The notes: generated by a model not told the origin, from the letters alone. 52,111 bases of DNA from an uncultured Gammaproteobacteria bacterium (GCA_964540975.1 CAZIOQ010000021.1:1-52111), one strand, 5' to 3'. Positions 25,835-34,991 are shown, counted from the stretch's first letter. Numbers and translations are program-made.

Positions 25835-27277
25835 ATGAAGAGAATAATTTTGTTTAATACCCTTGGGAGAAAAAAACAAGTCTTTAGACCGCTCAAATCC
25901 GATTTTGTCCGGATGTACGACTGCGGTCCAACTGTTTACCAATATGCTCATATTGGTAATATGTGGCGTTATCTTGTTTCTGATTTTTTGCGCCGAATTT
26001 TGGAATACAATGGCTTTAGGGTTAAACAGGTAATGAATATTACCGATGTCGGCCATTTAACTGAAGATGATTTACTCGCGGCTGATACCGGCGAAGACAA
26101 GATTGAATTAGCGGCAAAAAGAGAAAAGAAAACTCCCCAAGAAATAGCTAAATTCTATACTCAGGCATATTTTAAAGACAGACAGCGACTAAACATTTTG
26201 CCTCCGACAGTGGTTTGTAAAGCAACAGACCATATTCCCGAGATGATCAAAATGATTAAAGCTTTGGAGAAAAAAGGTTATGCTTACAAATTGGCAGACA
26301 GAATTTGTTTTGACGTTGCCAAATTTAAAAGATATGGAATTTTATCAGGGAAAAAGTTGTCTGAATTAAAAATTGGGGTTAGATTAGAACCGATTAAGGG
26401 AAAAAAGAATCCTTATGATTTTTCTTTATGGATTATTGATCCGAATCATTTGATGAAATGGGATTCTTGTTGGGGAGTTGGCTATCCTGGTTGGCATATC
26501 GAATGTTCAGCGATGAGTATGAAATATCTTGGGCAGACTTTAGATATTCATACTGGCGGAGAAGATAATATTTTTCCTCACCATGAAAATGAAATCGCCC
26601 AATCCGAAGCCTACACTGGGAAAAAATTTGTCAGATTTTGGGTTCATATCCGGTTTAATTTGGTCAGAGGAGAAAAGATGAGCAAGTCAAAAGGCAATGT
26701 CTATCTAATTACTGATCTGATCAAAAGAGGCTTTGACCCTTTAGCTTTTAGATATTTATCTTTGACTAATCATTATCGCCAACCACTAAACTTTACTTTT
26801 GATTCTTTAAAAGCAGCCCAAAAAGCTCTAAACAAATTGAGACTGATTGTTTGGCAGCTAAAAAAAGAAGTTAAAAGATTGCCTCGGGAAAAAACTTTGG
26901 CGGTTAATCAATGGCAAGAAAAATTTTTGTTGGCAATTAACAATGATATCGGTACTCCCCAAGGGTTAGCCGTAGTTTGGCAGATGCTAGAGAGTAATTT
27001 AGCGCCGGAGATGAAATTGAGGCTTTTGCTCGATTTTGACCAGGTTTTTGGTTTGGATTTGGGGCGATGGTGGTTTAAAGTGCCAAAAGAAATCAAAAGA
27101 CTAGTCAAAGAGCGAGAAAGATTAAGGCGAGAGAAAAAATTTGTCGCCGCGGACAGCATTAGGAAGACTCTTAAAAAGCAAGGTTGGATAGTGGAAGATA
27201 CATCCCAAGGGCCATTGGTCATTCCTGGTGGCGAAGAAAAAATACTTGACGGTGATAAATTAAGATCGTATAATTAG
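25835..27277 (+). CDS. cysS: Cysteinyl-tRNA synthetase
   Basis: Class I HIGN (YAHIGNMW) and KMSKS motifs, plus GYPGWHIECSAM. Confidence 0.93.
   Translation: MKRIILFNTLGRKKQVFRPLKSDFVRMYDCGPTVYQYAHIGNMWRYLVSDFLRRILEYNGFRVKQVMNITDVGHLTEDDLLAADTGEDKIELAAKREKKTPQEIAKFYTQAYFKDRQRLNILPPTVVCKATDHIPEMIKMIKALEKKGYAYKLADRICFDVAKFKRYGILSGKKLSELKIGVRLEPIKGKKNPYDFSLWIIDPNHLMKWDSCWGVGYPGWHIECSAMSMKYLGQTLDIHTGGEDNIFPHHENEIAQSEAYTGKKFVRFWVHIRFNLVRGEKMSKSKGNVYLITDLIKRGFDPLAFRYLSLTNHYRQPLNFTFDSLKAAQKALNKLRLIVWQLKKEVKRLPREKTLAVNQWQEKFLLAINNDIGTPQGLAVVWQMLESNLAPEMKLRLLLDFDQVFGLDLGRWWFKVPKEIKRLVKERERLRREKKFVAADSIRKTLKKQGWIVEDTSQGPLVIPGGEEKILDGDKLRSYN
27246..27274 (+). promoter_or_regulatory. Near-consensus sigma70 promoter for rpsF-ssb-rpsR (TTGACG-17-TATAAT)
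   Basis: TTGACG at 27246-27251, a 17-nt spacer, and TATAAT at 27269-27274. It is embedded in the last codons of cysS, ~54 nt upstream of rpsF. Confidence 0.6.
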
Positions 27278-27327
27278 CCTGTTAGCAATTAAAAACAGAA
27301 GAACAGGAAGAAAATAATTTAAGTCCA

Positions 27328-27615
27328 ATGAGTGCAACAAGCTATGAGTTTGTAGTTGTTCTTGATCCGCAGCTGAAAGAAAAAGATCAAGATTCTCTTC
27401 TTAAAGACATCCAAGCTAAACTTGAGAAAGCCGGGGGTCAAGATGTTAAAATTGATTTCTTTGGCAGGAGGGAATTTGTTTATCCAATAAAAAAACAAAC
27501 ACAAGGCAATTATTGGATTTTTAATTTTTGGGCCAATCATCTTAAGATGGAAGAAGTAAATTTGTTTTTAAATCGGGAGACAAAAATCCTGCGTTATTTA
27601 TTACTTAAGATTTAA
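27328..27615 (+). CDS. rpsF: 30S ribosomal protein S6
   Basis: YEFVVVLDP start and RREFVYPIKK motif, within the rpsF-ssb-rpsR synteny. Confidence 0.85.
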   Translation: MSATSYEFVVVLDPQLKEKDQDSLLKDIQAKLEKAGGQDVKIDFFGRREFVYPIKKQTQGNYWIFNFWANHLKMEEVNLFLNRETKILRYLLLKI

Positions 27616-27627
27616 AAAGGAGGAATA

Positions 27628-28176
27628 ATGGCTGGTCGTTGTCTTAATAAAGTAATGTTAATTGGTAATTTAACTCGAGACCCAGAGTTAAGATATACGC
27701 CGGCGGGAACAGCGGTGGCCACCTTTGGTCTAGCCACCAATAGAAGATGGAAAACCCAATCAGGCGAACTAAAAGATGAGGCCCAATTTCATCGGATTGT
27801 TGTTTGGAACAGATTAGCAGAATTGTGCGCTCAACTTTTGACTAAAGGAACAAGGATTTATCTTGAAGGCAGACTCCAGTATCGAGAATGGACCGGTAAT
27901 GACAATGTGAAGCATCAGACAACTGAAATTGTGGCCGAAGATATGATTGTTTTAGCCAGAGGCAAGGCCGAAGAAGAGTCTTTAGAAAAAGTAGAACCAG
28001 AAGTTGATTTTGAAGAAATTCCTCCGGCAGAAACAACAGTTACTCCGCCAAAAGAGGAAGAATTGAAAGCAGAAGAAGTGGATGATCAAGAGACGACTCC
28101 TGTTTCGGTAGATCAGGGTGAGTCAAAGACTGACCAAGAGGATAAAAAGGAAGATAAAGAAGAAATACCTTTTTAA
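27628..28176 (+). CDS. ssb: Single-stranded DNA-binding protein
   Basis: OB fold LNKVMLIGNLTRDPELRYTPAGTAVATF, an acidic disordered tail, and a terminal EEIPF tip. Confidence 0.92.
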   Translation: MAGRCLNKVMLIGNLTRDPELRYTPAGTAVATFGLATNRRWKTQSGELKDEAQFHRIVVWNRLAELCAQLLTKGTRIYLEGRLQYREWTGNDNVKHQTTEIVAEDMIVLARGKAEEESLEKVEPEVDFEEIPPAETTVTPPKEEELKAEEVDDQETTPVSVDQGESKTDQEDKKEDKEEIPF

Positions 28177-28215
28177 AACTTTTTAGGCGATCAGCAAAAA
28201 CCTGTTTTCTAAAAA

Positions 28216-28449
28216 ATGATTAAGAAAAGAAAAAAAGAATTAAGAAAAAAGGTGCTCAAGAATTGCCTTTTTTGTCAGGAAAAGAAGCGTCCTGAGTGGC
28301 GGCAATCAAGTCAGTTGGCCAAATTTCTTTCTCCACGAGGAAGAATTCTGTCTCGATCAATGACCGGACTTTGTGCCAAACACCAGAAGCAATTAACTTT
28401 AGCGATTAAACACGCAAGGCATCTGGCCCTCTTGCCTTTTGTGATTTGA
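28216..28449 (+). CDS. rpsR: 30S ribosomal protein S18
   Basis: [40 protein letters not shown]. Confidence 0.88.
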   Translation: MIKKRKKELRKKVLKNCLFCQEKKRPEWRQSSQLAKFLSPRGRILSRSMTGLCAKHQKQLTLAIKHARHLALLPFVI

Positions 28450-28542
28450 GTGAGCCTCTTTGTCCAGCCGGGCTTGCTTTAAAGCAGGTTAATGAATCAG
28501 GGATTGTTTTTATCCTTTTTCTATTCTAAACTTTAGTTAATA

Positions 28543-29277
28543 ATGAAAAGTTTAAGCCAGATTAGTTCTTTTTGGGTTTTAAATTTTAATCAGCCAAAGG
28601 TAAAGTTGTTAGTGAAACCAGGAGCAGAAATTAAAAAAGGAGTAATTTTGTCCAAGATTGAAAAGACAAAAGAGATTTGGCTGGATTTATCAGCTGCTTT
28701 ATCGGTAAGGCCAACAAAAATCAATAAATTCTTAAAAATTCCTTTTGGTTGTGATCTTAAAAAAGGCGATTTGGTGGCTGGAAAAAAGAATTTTTGGGGC
28801 AAAAGAAAAGAAATTTTTTCACCTTGCACTGGAGTTTTTAAAGAAATTGATCAAGCAAGAGGAAGGATAAAAATCCTGAAGAAAAAAGTTAAAAAAATAA
28901 ATTCACCAATAAGGGGAAGAGTTATTGAGGCTGATCAAACAAAAATTAAGATCGAATTTCAGGCAAAGATTTTTCCCGGTGAGGGGAAAGGCAAAGAAAG
29001 AATTTGGGGAGAGTTAAAAGCTTTAGATTCCCGACTGCCTTATTTTCAGCTTAATATCAGTTTTAAGAATAAAATAGTTTTAGTTCCAAAAATAGACGAG
29101 ATGCTTTTATCAAAAGCAAAGGCTTTGGGAGTCAAGGCAATGGTAACCAGGAAGCTTAAGGCAAAAAAGATCTTCTTGCCAGTATTTATCGTCAAGGATT
29201 ATAATGACCTGGTAAGTTTTTCAGGGAAAGAGGTGTTACTCGATTTTCCTGAAAAAAGAATTTTAGTCTGCGATTAA
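28543..29277 (+). CDS. Hypothetical protein (possible barrel-sandwich hybrid repeats)
   Basis: Lys-rich ORF with repeated V.PGAEIKKGVIL / GDLVAGKK / SPIRGRVIE segments that resemble lipoyl/hybrid-barrel motifs. No firm family assignment. Confidence 0.45.
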   Translation: MKSLSQISSFWVLNFNQPKVKLLVKPGAEIKKGVILSKIEKTKEIWLDLSAALSVRPTKINKFLKIPFGCDLKKGDLVAGKKNFWGKRKEIFSPCTGVFKEIDQARGRIKILKKKVKKINSPIRGRVIEADQTKIKIEFQAKIFPGEGKGKERIWGELKALDSRLPYFQLNISFKNKIVLVPKIDEMLLSKAKALGVKAMVTRKLKAKKIFLPVFIVKDYNDLVSFSGKEVLLDFPEKRILVCD

Positions 29278-29278
29278 A

Positions 29279-30535
29279 ATGAGTAAAATAAAAAAAATCA
29301 CCCATCAACAGTTACTTTTCTTCACCCGGGCTTTTTTCTTCGCCCTTTTCTTTTTATTACTGGGAGGGATAGTTGGTTTTCAATTAGCCAAAAAAGATTT
29401 GGTAACGCCAATTTCTTTCCCCTCTCAAGAAAAAACAGATATGTCCTTGTTTTGGTATACTTGGAATCTTTTAGAGGAAAAATATCTTAAAAAAACATCG
29501 TTGGATCCGCAAAAAATGATTTATGGAGCAATTTCAGGAATGGTTTCTTCCCTCGAAGATCCTTATACTATTTTTTTACCTCCTGAGGAAAATAAGATTA
29601 CCAAAGAAGATTTAAATGGCGAATTTGGGGGAGTAGGAATTCAGTTAGGCTATAAAGAGAAGATGTTAGCGGTTATTTCTCCTTTAGAAAATACACCAGC
29701 CCAAAAAGCAGGCATCAAAGCCGGCGATATTATTCTAAAAATTCAAGATGAGTCAAAAAAATTAGATATTAGCACCGAAAAAATTTCCTTACCAGAAGCG
29801 ATCCAGGCAATTAGAGGTCCAGAAGGAACCAAAATTCAATTAACAATTTTAAGAGAAGGAATAGAAAAGCCTTTTAGCGTAGAAATTGTCAGAGCAAAAA
29901 TTACTCTTCCCACCGTTGTTTGGCGGCAAATTGATTATCAAGGAAGAAAAATCGCCTATGTTCAAGTTTTAAGATTTGCCCAAATAATGGAAAAACAATG
30001 GTTTGATTGGTTAAAAACAGTGGCGGTTTTGAAAAAAGATCCTCAATTTGCCGGAGTGATTTTGGATTTAAGAAATAATCCGGGTGGTTATCTGAATGGG
30101 GCAGTGTTTTTAGCCAGTGAGTTTTTAAAAGAAGGCGTGGTTGTGGAACAAGAATACAGTTCCGGGAAGAAAGATTATTATCGGGTAACCAGAAAAGGTA
30201 GTTTGCTGGACGTTCCTTTGGTAGTCTTGATTAATCAAGGGTCAGCCTCGGCCTCAGAGATTTTAGCCGGGGCATTGCAGTATTACCAAAGAGCAATTTT
30301 GATTGGAGAAAAAACTTTTGGTAAAGGAACAGTCCAGGAACCACAAGAATTACCCCGGGGAGCTGGTTTACATATTACTATTTCCCGTTGGCTTTTGCCC
30401 GGAGAAGGAGACATTGATCAAAAGGGAGTTTTTCCTGATATTGAAGTGAAATCAACTGATATTGAAAACAACCAGGATGACTTGGTGCTTGAAAAAGCCA
30501 AAGAAGAGATTATAAAATTAAAAGGGATAGAGTAA
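29279..30535 (+). CDS. ctpA: Carboxy-terminal processing peptidase (S41, Ctp/Prc family) with PDZ
   Basis: FGGVGIQL, PDZ PAQKAGIKAGDIILKI, LDLRNNPGGYL, catalytic GSASASEILAGAL, and GEKTFGKGTVQ. Confidence 0.88.
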   Translation: MSKIKKITHQQLLFFTRAFFFALFFLLLGGIVGFQLAKKDLVTPISFPSQEKTDMSLFWYTWNLLEEKYLKKTSLDPQKMIYGAISGMVSSLEDPYTIFLPPEENKITKEDLNGEFGGVGIQLGYKEKMLAVISPLENTPAQKAGIKAGDIILKIQDESKKLDISTEKISLPEAIQAIRGPEGTKIQLTILREGIEKPFSVEIVRAKITLPTVVWRQIDYQGRKIAYVQVLRFAQIMEKQWFDWLKTVAVLKKDPQFAGVILDLRNNPGGYLNGAVFLASEFLKEGVVVEQEYSSGKKDYYRVTRKGSLLDVPLVVLINQGSASASEILAGALQYYQRAILIGEKTFGKGTVQEPQELPRGAGLHITISRWLLPGEGDIDQKGVFPDIEVKSTDIENNQDDLVLEKAKEEIIKLKGIE

Positions 30536-30546
30536 TGACATTCTCT

Positions 30547-30592
30547 CCGTCCCAGGATCGGCGGGGTTATTTTAAGGCGCGAAAATAAAACC
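30547..30592 (+). repeat. GC-rich hairpin + T-run + AAGGCGCGAAAA element, copy 1 (also a plausible ctpA terminator)
   Basis: CCGTCCCAGGATCGGCGGGGTTATTTTAAGGCGCGAAAATAAAACC. It is near-identical to the reverse complement of 34160-34204. Confidence 0.75.
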
Positions 30593-30665
30593 GAAATAAA
30601 ACAAGTTAAAAGGCGAAACCTTTTCCTTAAAAGATAGTATTTAAAGGGCGAAAAAAAGAAAAAAA

Positions 30666-31829
30666 ATGACAAAATTTAAATTATTTTTAATTGGTTTTGC
30701 CGGAGGAATGTTTTTTATTTTTGCCATTTTAGTTGGCGGAGTGATGGAGAGAATTTATGGTTTACCTTTGTTAAATAAATTACCCCAAAGAGTGTCGTCA
30801 GGCCAAAGTACCCAGATTGTTGAAGAAAAAATTGTCAACGAGGATTCGGTAGTGATTCAAGTAGTAGAAAAAGCAGCCCCTTCAGTAGTCACCGTAAGTA
30901 TTAGTAAAACTCAGGTAATTTCTGACATTTTTGGTCTTTCTCCTTTTGATATTTTTGGTTTTTTTAATCTTCAGCCAGAAAAAAAGAAGATCGAACAGGA
31001 CATTGGAACCGGGTTTGTGGTTGATAAAGATGGTTTAGTTGTAACCAATAAACATGTGGTGAGTGATACTGAGGCAAAATATAAAGTGATTACTAAAGAT
31101 AATCAGATCTACGAAGTGGTTAACATCTATCGTGATCCAGCCAATGATTTGGCAATTTTAAAAGTTAATGCTCAATTGCCACCAATTGAATTGGGAGATT
31201 CTGATAAACTTAAAGTTGGGCAAAAGGCAATTGCGATTGGGACCGCTTTAGGCGAATTTCGGCACACTGTTACCACTGGTGTTATTTCTGGTTTAGGAAG
31301 AGGAATTACTGCTGGTTCTCCCTTTGAGGGTTATGTTGAAAGACTTGATAATGTGATTCAAACGGATGCCGCTATTAATCCCGGCAACTCTGGTGGCCCA
31401 CTGCTAAATTCTGCCGGTCAGGTGATTGGAATCAATGTGGCTGTTGCTCAAGAAGGCCAAAATATTGGCTTTGCTATTCCAATCAATGTAGTTAAAGAGT
31501 CTTTAAGAGAGTTTAAAGAAACTGGCCAATTTGAACGTCCTTTTTTGGGAGTGCGCTATCAAATAATTTCCCGCCAAGCAGCTTTACTTAATGAGGTGCC
31601 CCAAGGAGCACTAATCAGAGAAGTAGTGGTTGGTTCTCCTGCTGATAAAGCCGGTCTTAAAGAAGGAGACATTATTGTTAAGTTCGATGGTAAAAAAATA
31701 GATGAAAAAGATAATGAATTGGGCAAATTAGTCAACAAAAAAAAGATCAACGAAACAGTTAAGATTGAAATCTGGCGTGACGGAAAAACAATGGAGTTGG
31801 AAGTTAAGCTTCAAAAGAGAAACGAATAA
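30666..31829 (+). CDS. htrA: HtrA/DegP-family serine protease (S1C) with one PDZ domain
   Basis: N-terminal TM segment. Catalytic triad contexts TNKHVV, DLAILK and GNSGGPL. PDZ PADKAGLKEGDIIVKFDG. Confidence 0.9.
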   Translation: MTKFKLFLIGFAGGMFFIFAILVGGVMERIYGLPLLNKLPQRVSSGQSTQIVEEKIVNEDSVVIQVVEKAAPSVVTVSISKTQVISDIFGLSPFDIFGFFNLQPEKKKIEQDIGTGFVVDKDGLVVTNKHVVSDTEAKYKVITKDNQIYEVVNIYRDPANDLAILKVNAQLPPIELGDSDKLKVGQKAIAIGTALGEFRHTVTTGVISGLGRGITAGSPFEGYVERLDNVIQTDAAINPGNSGGPLLNSAGQVIGINVAVAQEGQNIGFAIPINVVKESLREFKETGQFERPFLGVRYQIISRQAALLNEVPQGALIREVVVGSPADKAGLKEGDIIVKFDGKKIDEKDNELGKLVNKKKINETVKIEIWRDGKTMELEVKLQKRNE

Positions 31830-32502
31830 TTCTTTCTAGTTCTCCATCTAAAACTGCTTTTATTCCGTGGATAGTTTTTTTTGTTCGGTGGTCGGTAATT
31901 CTGTCTTGGGGAAAGTTATAGGTTCTAATTTTTTCTACTCTTTTGCCAATACCTGCTTGAGATTGAAATTGAGAAATTAGTTGAGATTTTTTTTCTTTTT
32001 CCAATTGCCAAAGCTTACTTCTTAAGCAAGATAAGGCGAGTTCTTTATTTCTTTCTTGATATCTTTCTTGTTGGGAAGAGGCGACAATTCCGGTTGGTTT
32101 ATGAATAATTCTGACCGCACTTTCTACTTTTTGAACATTTTGTCCTCCCTGAGTCGAAGCGCGAAAAAATTGCAATTCAAGATCTTGGGGATTAATTTTT
32201 ATTTCTTTTTCCGTAATTTCTGGCATTACCACCACCACCGCGGTGGAAGTGTGGATTCTGCCTCTTTTTTCTGTGATCGGGATTCTTTGGACCCGATGGA
32301 CACCACTTTCTCTTTCCAAAAGCTGATAAGCGCGAGGGCCAACAATTTTTAAGGTATCCTGGTTGATTTGACTAACTTTAAAACCCCTTTTTAGGCCAAA
32401 TCGAAGATACATTCTTAAAATTTCTTGGGCCCAAAGTTTGGCTTCTAAACCACCGGTACCAGCCCTGACTTCAACGAGAGCAACATTAGGATTATTAATC
32501 AT
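31804..32502 (-). CDS. prfA: Peptide chain release factor 1-like, lacking the N-terminal domain 1 (232 aa)
   Basis: VEVRAGTGGLEA, an RF1-type PxT region VHRVQRIPITEKRGRIHTS, and GGQ (STQGGQNVQKVESAVRIIH). It begins where canonical RF1 is at about residue 100. The 3' end overlaps the htrA end by 26 nt. Confidence 0.8.
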   Translation of the reverse strand: MINNPNVALVEVRAGTGGLEAKLWAQEILRMYLRFGLKRGFKVSQINQDTLKIVGPRAYQLLERESGVHRVQRIPITEKRGRIHTSTAVVVVMPEITEKEIKINPQDLELQFFRASTQGGQNVQKVESAVRIIHKPTGIVASSQQERYQERNKELALSCLRSKLWQLEKEKKSQLISQFQSQAGIGKRVEKIRTYNFPQDRITDHRTKKTIHGIKAVLDGELERIIRFSFEA

Positions 32503-32561
32503 TTTTTGGCCTTAAGTTCATTAACAATGGGTAGAGAGGCTTCATTTTCGCACCAGCAAAA

Positions 32562-32810
32562 TTATGTCCTTCCACGGCCACGACCGGAGAGGACGTCATT
32601 AAATTCTTTCGCTTTAGCCACCTTAGCTTGAAATTTTTCAATTCGGCCTTTGGTATCTACATATTTGTTTTGGCCAGTGTAAGCCGGATGGCAAACAGCA
32701 CAAATTTCAACATTAATCATTTCTCTGGTTGAACCAGTGGTGAAGGTGTTACCACATTGGCAAACCACCTTTGTCTGAGGATAGTATTTTGGCTGGATGG
32801 CTTTTCTCAT
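32562..32810 (-). CDS. rpmE: 50S ribosomal protein L31 (Cys-containing type)
   Basis: MRKAIQPKYYP...CQCGNTFTTGST...CAVCHPAYTG. The ATG at 32810 is preferred over the track's TTG at 32819. Confidence 0.88.
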   Translation of the reverse strand: MRKAIQPKYYPQTKVVCQCGNTFTTGSTREMINVEICAVCHPAYTGQNKYVDTKGRIEKFQAKVAKAKEFNDVLSGRGRGRT

Positions 32811-32830
32811 AAGTAACAATTATAACCTGG

Positions 32831-34111
32831 CTAAGCTTTTTTTGCAATTTTGGCTACAATTTTTTCTATTGCTTTTTTTAGAGTTAACCTTGCTTGCGTT
32901 TTTTGGCTCATATCTTTCAAAACAACGAGATTTTCTTTTACCTCCTCAGGACCAAGAATAATTACCCAGGGAATTTTTTGACGGTCGGCATATTTTAATT
33001 GTTTGTCAATTTTTTTCTCCTCAAGGAATAGTTCGGTCTTGATATTATTTTTTCTCAAAAGATCGGCGATTTTTGCTGAATTATCGAAAAACTTTGGCGA
33101 AAAAACGGTGACCAAAACTTGACTGGGTAGGGGATTGCAAGAGGGGTATTTTTTTAATGATTTCAACAATTCCTCAATGACCATATCGCCCATCGCAAAA
33201 CCTACGCCGGGAATTGTTTTCTTGCTTCCTACTGCGGCTAACAAATTATCATATCTTCCACCGCCCCAAAGAGCGCGTAAATTTTGGCCAATAGCCCAAG
33301 CCTCAAAAACAGTGCTTGTATAATAATCAAGTCCCCGAACAATCCGCGGATCATATTCAACATATTCTGCGATGTTCATTGTCTTAAGGATTGTCATTAA
33401 TTGTTGGAGCCGATTGGCAGTTTTGGGAGGCGTTTTGTTATTCAAAAACTTTTCTAGACTTTCTATTTGTTGTTGATTAAGACCAATTTCTTTTAACATC
33501 AAAAACTCTTTTTGTTTGACTTTATCATTTTTGTCAATGATTCTGACAAGGGGAAGAAATTTTTTGACCCTTATTTTGATTTCCTGAAGAAAGCGAAAGA
33601 GAATTTGTCTGTCATTAATTTTAATTTTTACTTGTTTTGGACTAATCGCTAGCTTTTTTAAAAATTCAGCCGAGATAGATATTACCTCGGCATCAGCCAC
33701 CAAAGAATTGCTGCCAATAATATCTAAATTCCATTGAAAAAATTCTCTCCCCCGAGCTTTTTGGGGTTTTTCATAACGGAAAAATCTGCCAAAAGAGAAC
33801 CAACGAAGAGGAAAGACTAGCTGATTTTCTTTTTGAGCGATCATTCTGGCCAAAGTTGGGGTTAGCTCTGGTCTTAAAACAATTTTTTTACCGCTTTTGT
33901 CTCGCCAACAAAAAGCCTGTTTTTTGACCAAGGTGGCACCTGATTTAGCAGCATAAAGTTCTAACGGCTCGATGATTGGCCCCTCATATTCTTGATAGCC
34001 AAAATTTTCTGACAGTTCTTTGACATTTTGATAAAGCCAGTTTAAAAAAGCCTGCTTTTCAGGATAAAAATCCCGCATCCCTTTAACCGGTAAGATTATT
34101 TTTCGCCTCAT
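32831..34111 (-). CDS. hisS: Histidyl-tRNA synthetase
   Basis: GMRDFYPE, motif 2 FRYEKPQKARGREFFQWNLDIIG, DYYTSTVFE, GGGRYDNL, and GVGFAMG. Confidence 0.92.
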   Translation of the reverse strand: MRRKIILPVKGMRDFYPEKQAFLNWLYQNVKELSENFGYQEYEGPIIEPLELYAAKSGATLVKKQAFCWRDKSGKKIVLRPELTPTLARMIAQKENQLVFPLRWFSFGRFFRYEKPQKARGREFFQWNLDIIGSNSLVADAEVISISAEFLKKLAISPKQVKIKINDRQILFRFLQEIKIRVKKFLPLVRIIDKNDKVKQKEFLMLKEIGLNQQQIESLEKFLNNKTPPKTANRLQQLMTILKTMNIAEYVEYDPRIVRGLDYYTSTVFEAWAIGQNLRALWGGGRYDNLLAAVGSKKTIPGVGFAMGDMVIEELLKSLKKYPSCNPLPSQVLVTVFSPKFFDNSAKIADLLRKNNIKTELFLEEKKIDKQLKYADRQKIPWVIILGPEEVKENLVVLKDMSQKTQARLTLKKAIEKIVAKIAKKA

Positions 34112-34159
34112 TTAATTAATATTTTACCCTAAATTGGGAAGAAAGTATATTTTTCAAAT

Positions 34160-34204
34160 GGTTTATTTCGCGCCTTAAAATAACCCCCCGATCCTAAGGC
34201 GGGG
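34160..34204 (-). repeat. GC-rich hairpin + T-run + AAGGCGCGAAA element, copy 2 (inverted relative to copy 1)
   Basis: The minus strand reads CCCCGCCTTAGGATCGGGGGGTTATTTTAAGGCGCGAAATAAACC. It lies between the end of the 34257 gene and the hisS start. Confidence 0.75.
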
Positions 34205-34256
34205 ATGAATAAGGCAAGAAAAGACGGCCGAGGCCACCTAAGGGGTGAGGAGGACG

Positions 34257-34973
34257 TCATAGTCTGCTTTCATTAGCAGGAGTTGGTGTCAGGATAGGGA
34301 AGAGGACCATAATTAACAAAGCTTTTTTCTCACCATTAACCTCTTGATAAATTGTGGCAATTTTGTTGCCAATACTTAAATCTTGATAATCAAGATTATT
34401 CTGATCAATTGATCTTATTCGAGTCTGATTATTAATAGTTAATTGGAACGGATTATCCTTGTTTTTTATTGGGGTGAGGGTAACAATTTTTTCATTCACT
34501 GATTTGTCAGAAATGATCCCCACCAGGCAAAAACGGTTTTTTGGTTTTGGTTGATTAAGAATTTGAATCCTTTTGCCTAAGAGTAAATCATCACTGTTTA
34601 AATATCCCATAGCCAAAATTCTTTTGCCAACAATAAGGTCTTCAAGATTAACAGGCTTTCTTTGTTCAGAAATTACAGTTGTTTGGGTGTCGAGCAAAAT
34701 TTCTCTTACTTGATTAGTGGCGGTTTCAATTTTGATACTGGTTTCATCTTTAGCGGTAATAATTCCTACCCAGCCTCTTTTCTTTTTCGCTTCAATAATA
34801 TTTTTAATCTTATCGGCAACCATTTCTTTTAAATTCTGTTTAAATTGTTGGTTTAATTGATTACTCTCGGTCGCATTTTCTGCTCTTACCAAAAAATTGT
34901 TAGGGCTTTTTGTTTGAGGGACTAATATTGTCAAGAGGAAAATAAGTCTGACTAAAAATGTTTTTATTTTCAT
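34257..34973 (-). CDS. Secreted hypothetical protein
   Basis: N-terminal signal/anchor (FLVRLIFLLTILV) and repeated beta-rich segments. No recognised catalytic motif. Confidence 0.5.
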   Translation of the reverse strand: MKIKTFLVRLIFLLTILVPQTKSPNNFLVRAENATESNQLNQQFKQNLKEMVADKIKNIIEAKKKRGWVGIITAKDETSIKIETATNQVREILLDTQTTVISEQRKPVNLEDLIVGKRILAMGYLNSDDLLLGKRIQILNQPKPKNRFCLVGIISDKSVNEKIVTLTPIKNKDNPFQLTINNQTRIRSIDQNNLDYQDLSIGNKIATIYQEVNGEKKALLIMVLFPILTPTPANESRL

Positions 34974-34991
34974 TTTTGATTTTTTGATCCA

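Noticed and set aside
32503-32561. A 16-codon uORF (MKPLYPLLMNLRPKND) upstream of the short prfA, overlapping its start at an A6 run. I considered it as a frameshifted missing N-terminus, or an RF2-like programmed frameshift.
   Set aside because: Even if fused, it would add only ~14 residues, not the ~100-aa domain 1. There is no RF2-type CUU UGA context. It is most likely fortuitous.
34112-34256. A T-box riboswitch upstream of hisS (and of proS at 3186-3276). The hairpin plus U-run in the leader, and a GGTGGCCTCGG segment, are faintly T-box-like.
   Set aside because: I could not find a match to the conserved T-box sequence (AA..GGGTGGTACCGCG). The available leader (~145 nt for hisS, 91 nt for proS) is too short for stem I plus an antiterminator. 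The same hairpin element also precedes htrA, which is not an aminoacyl-tRNA-related gene.
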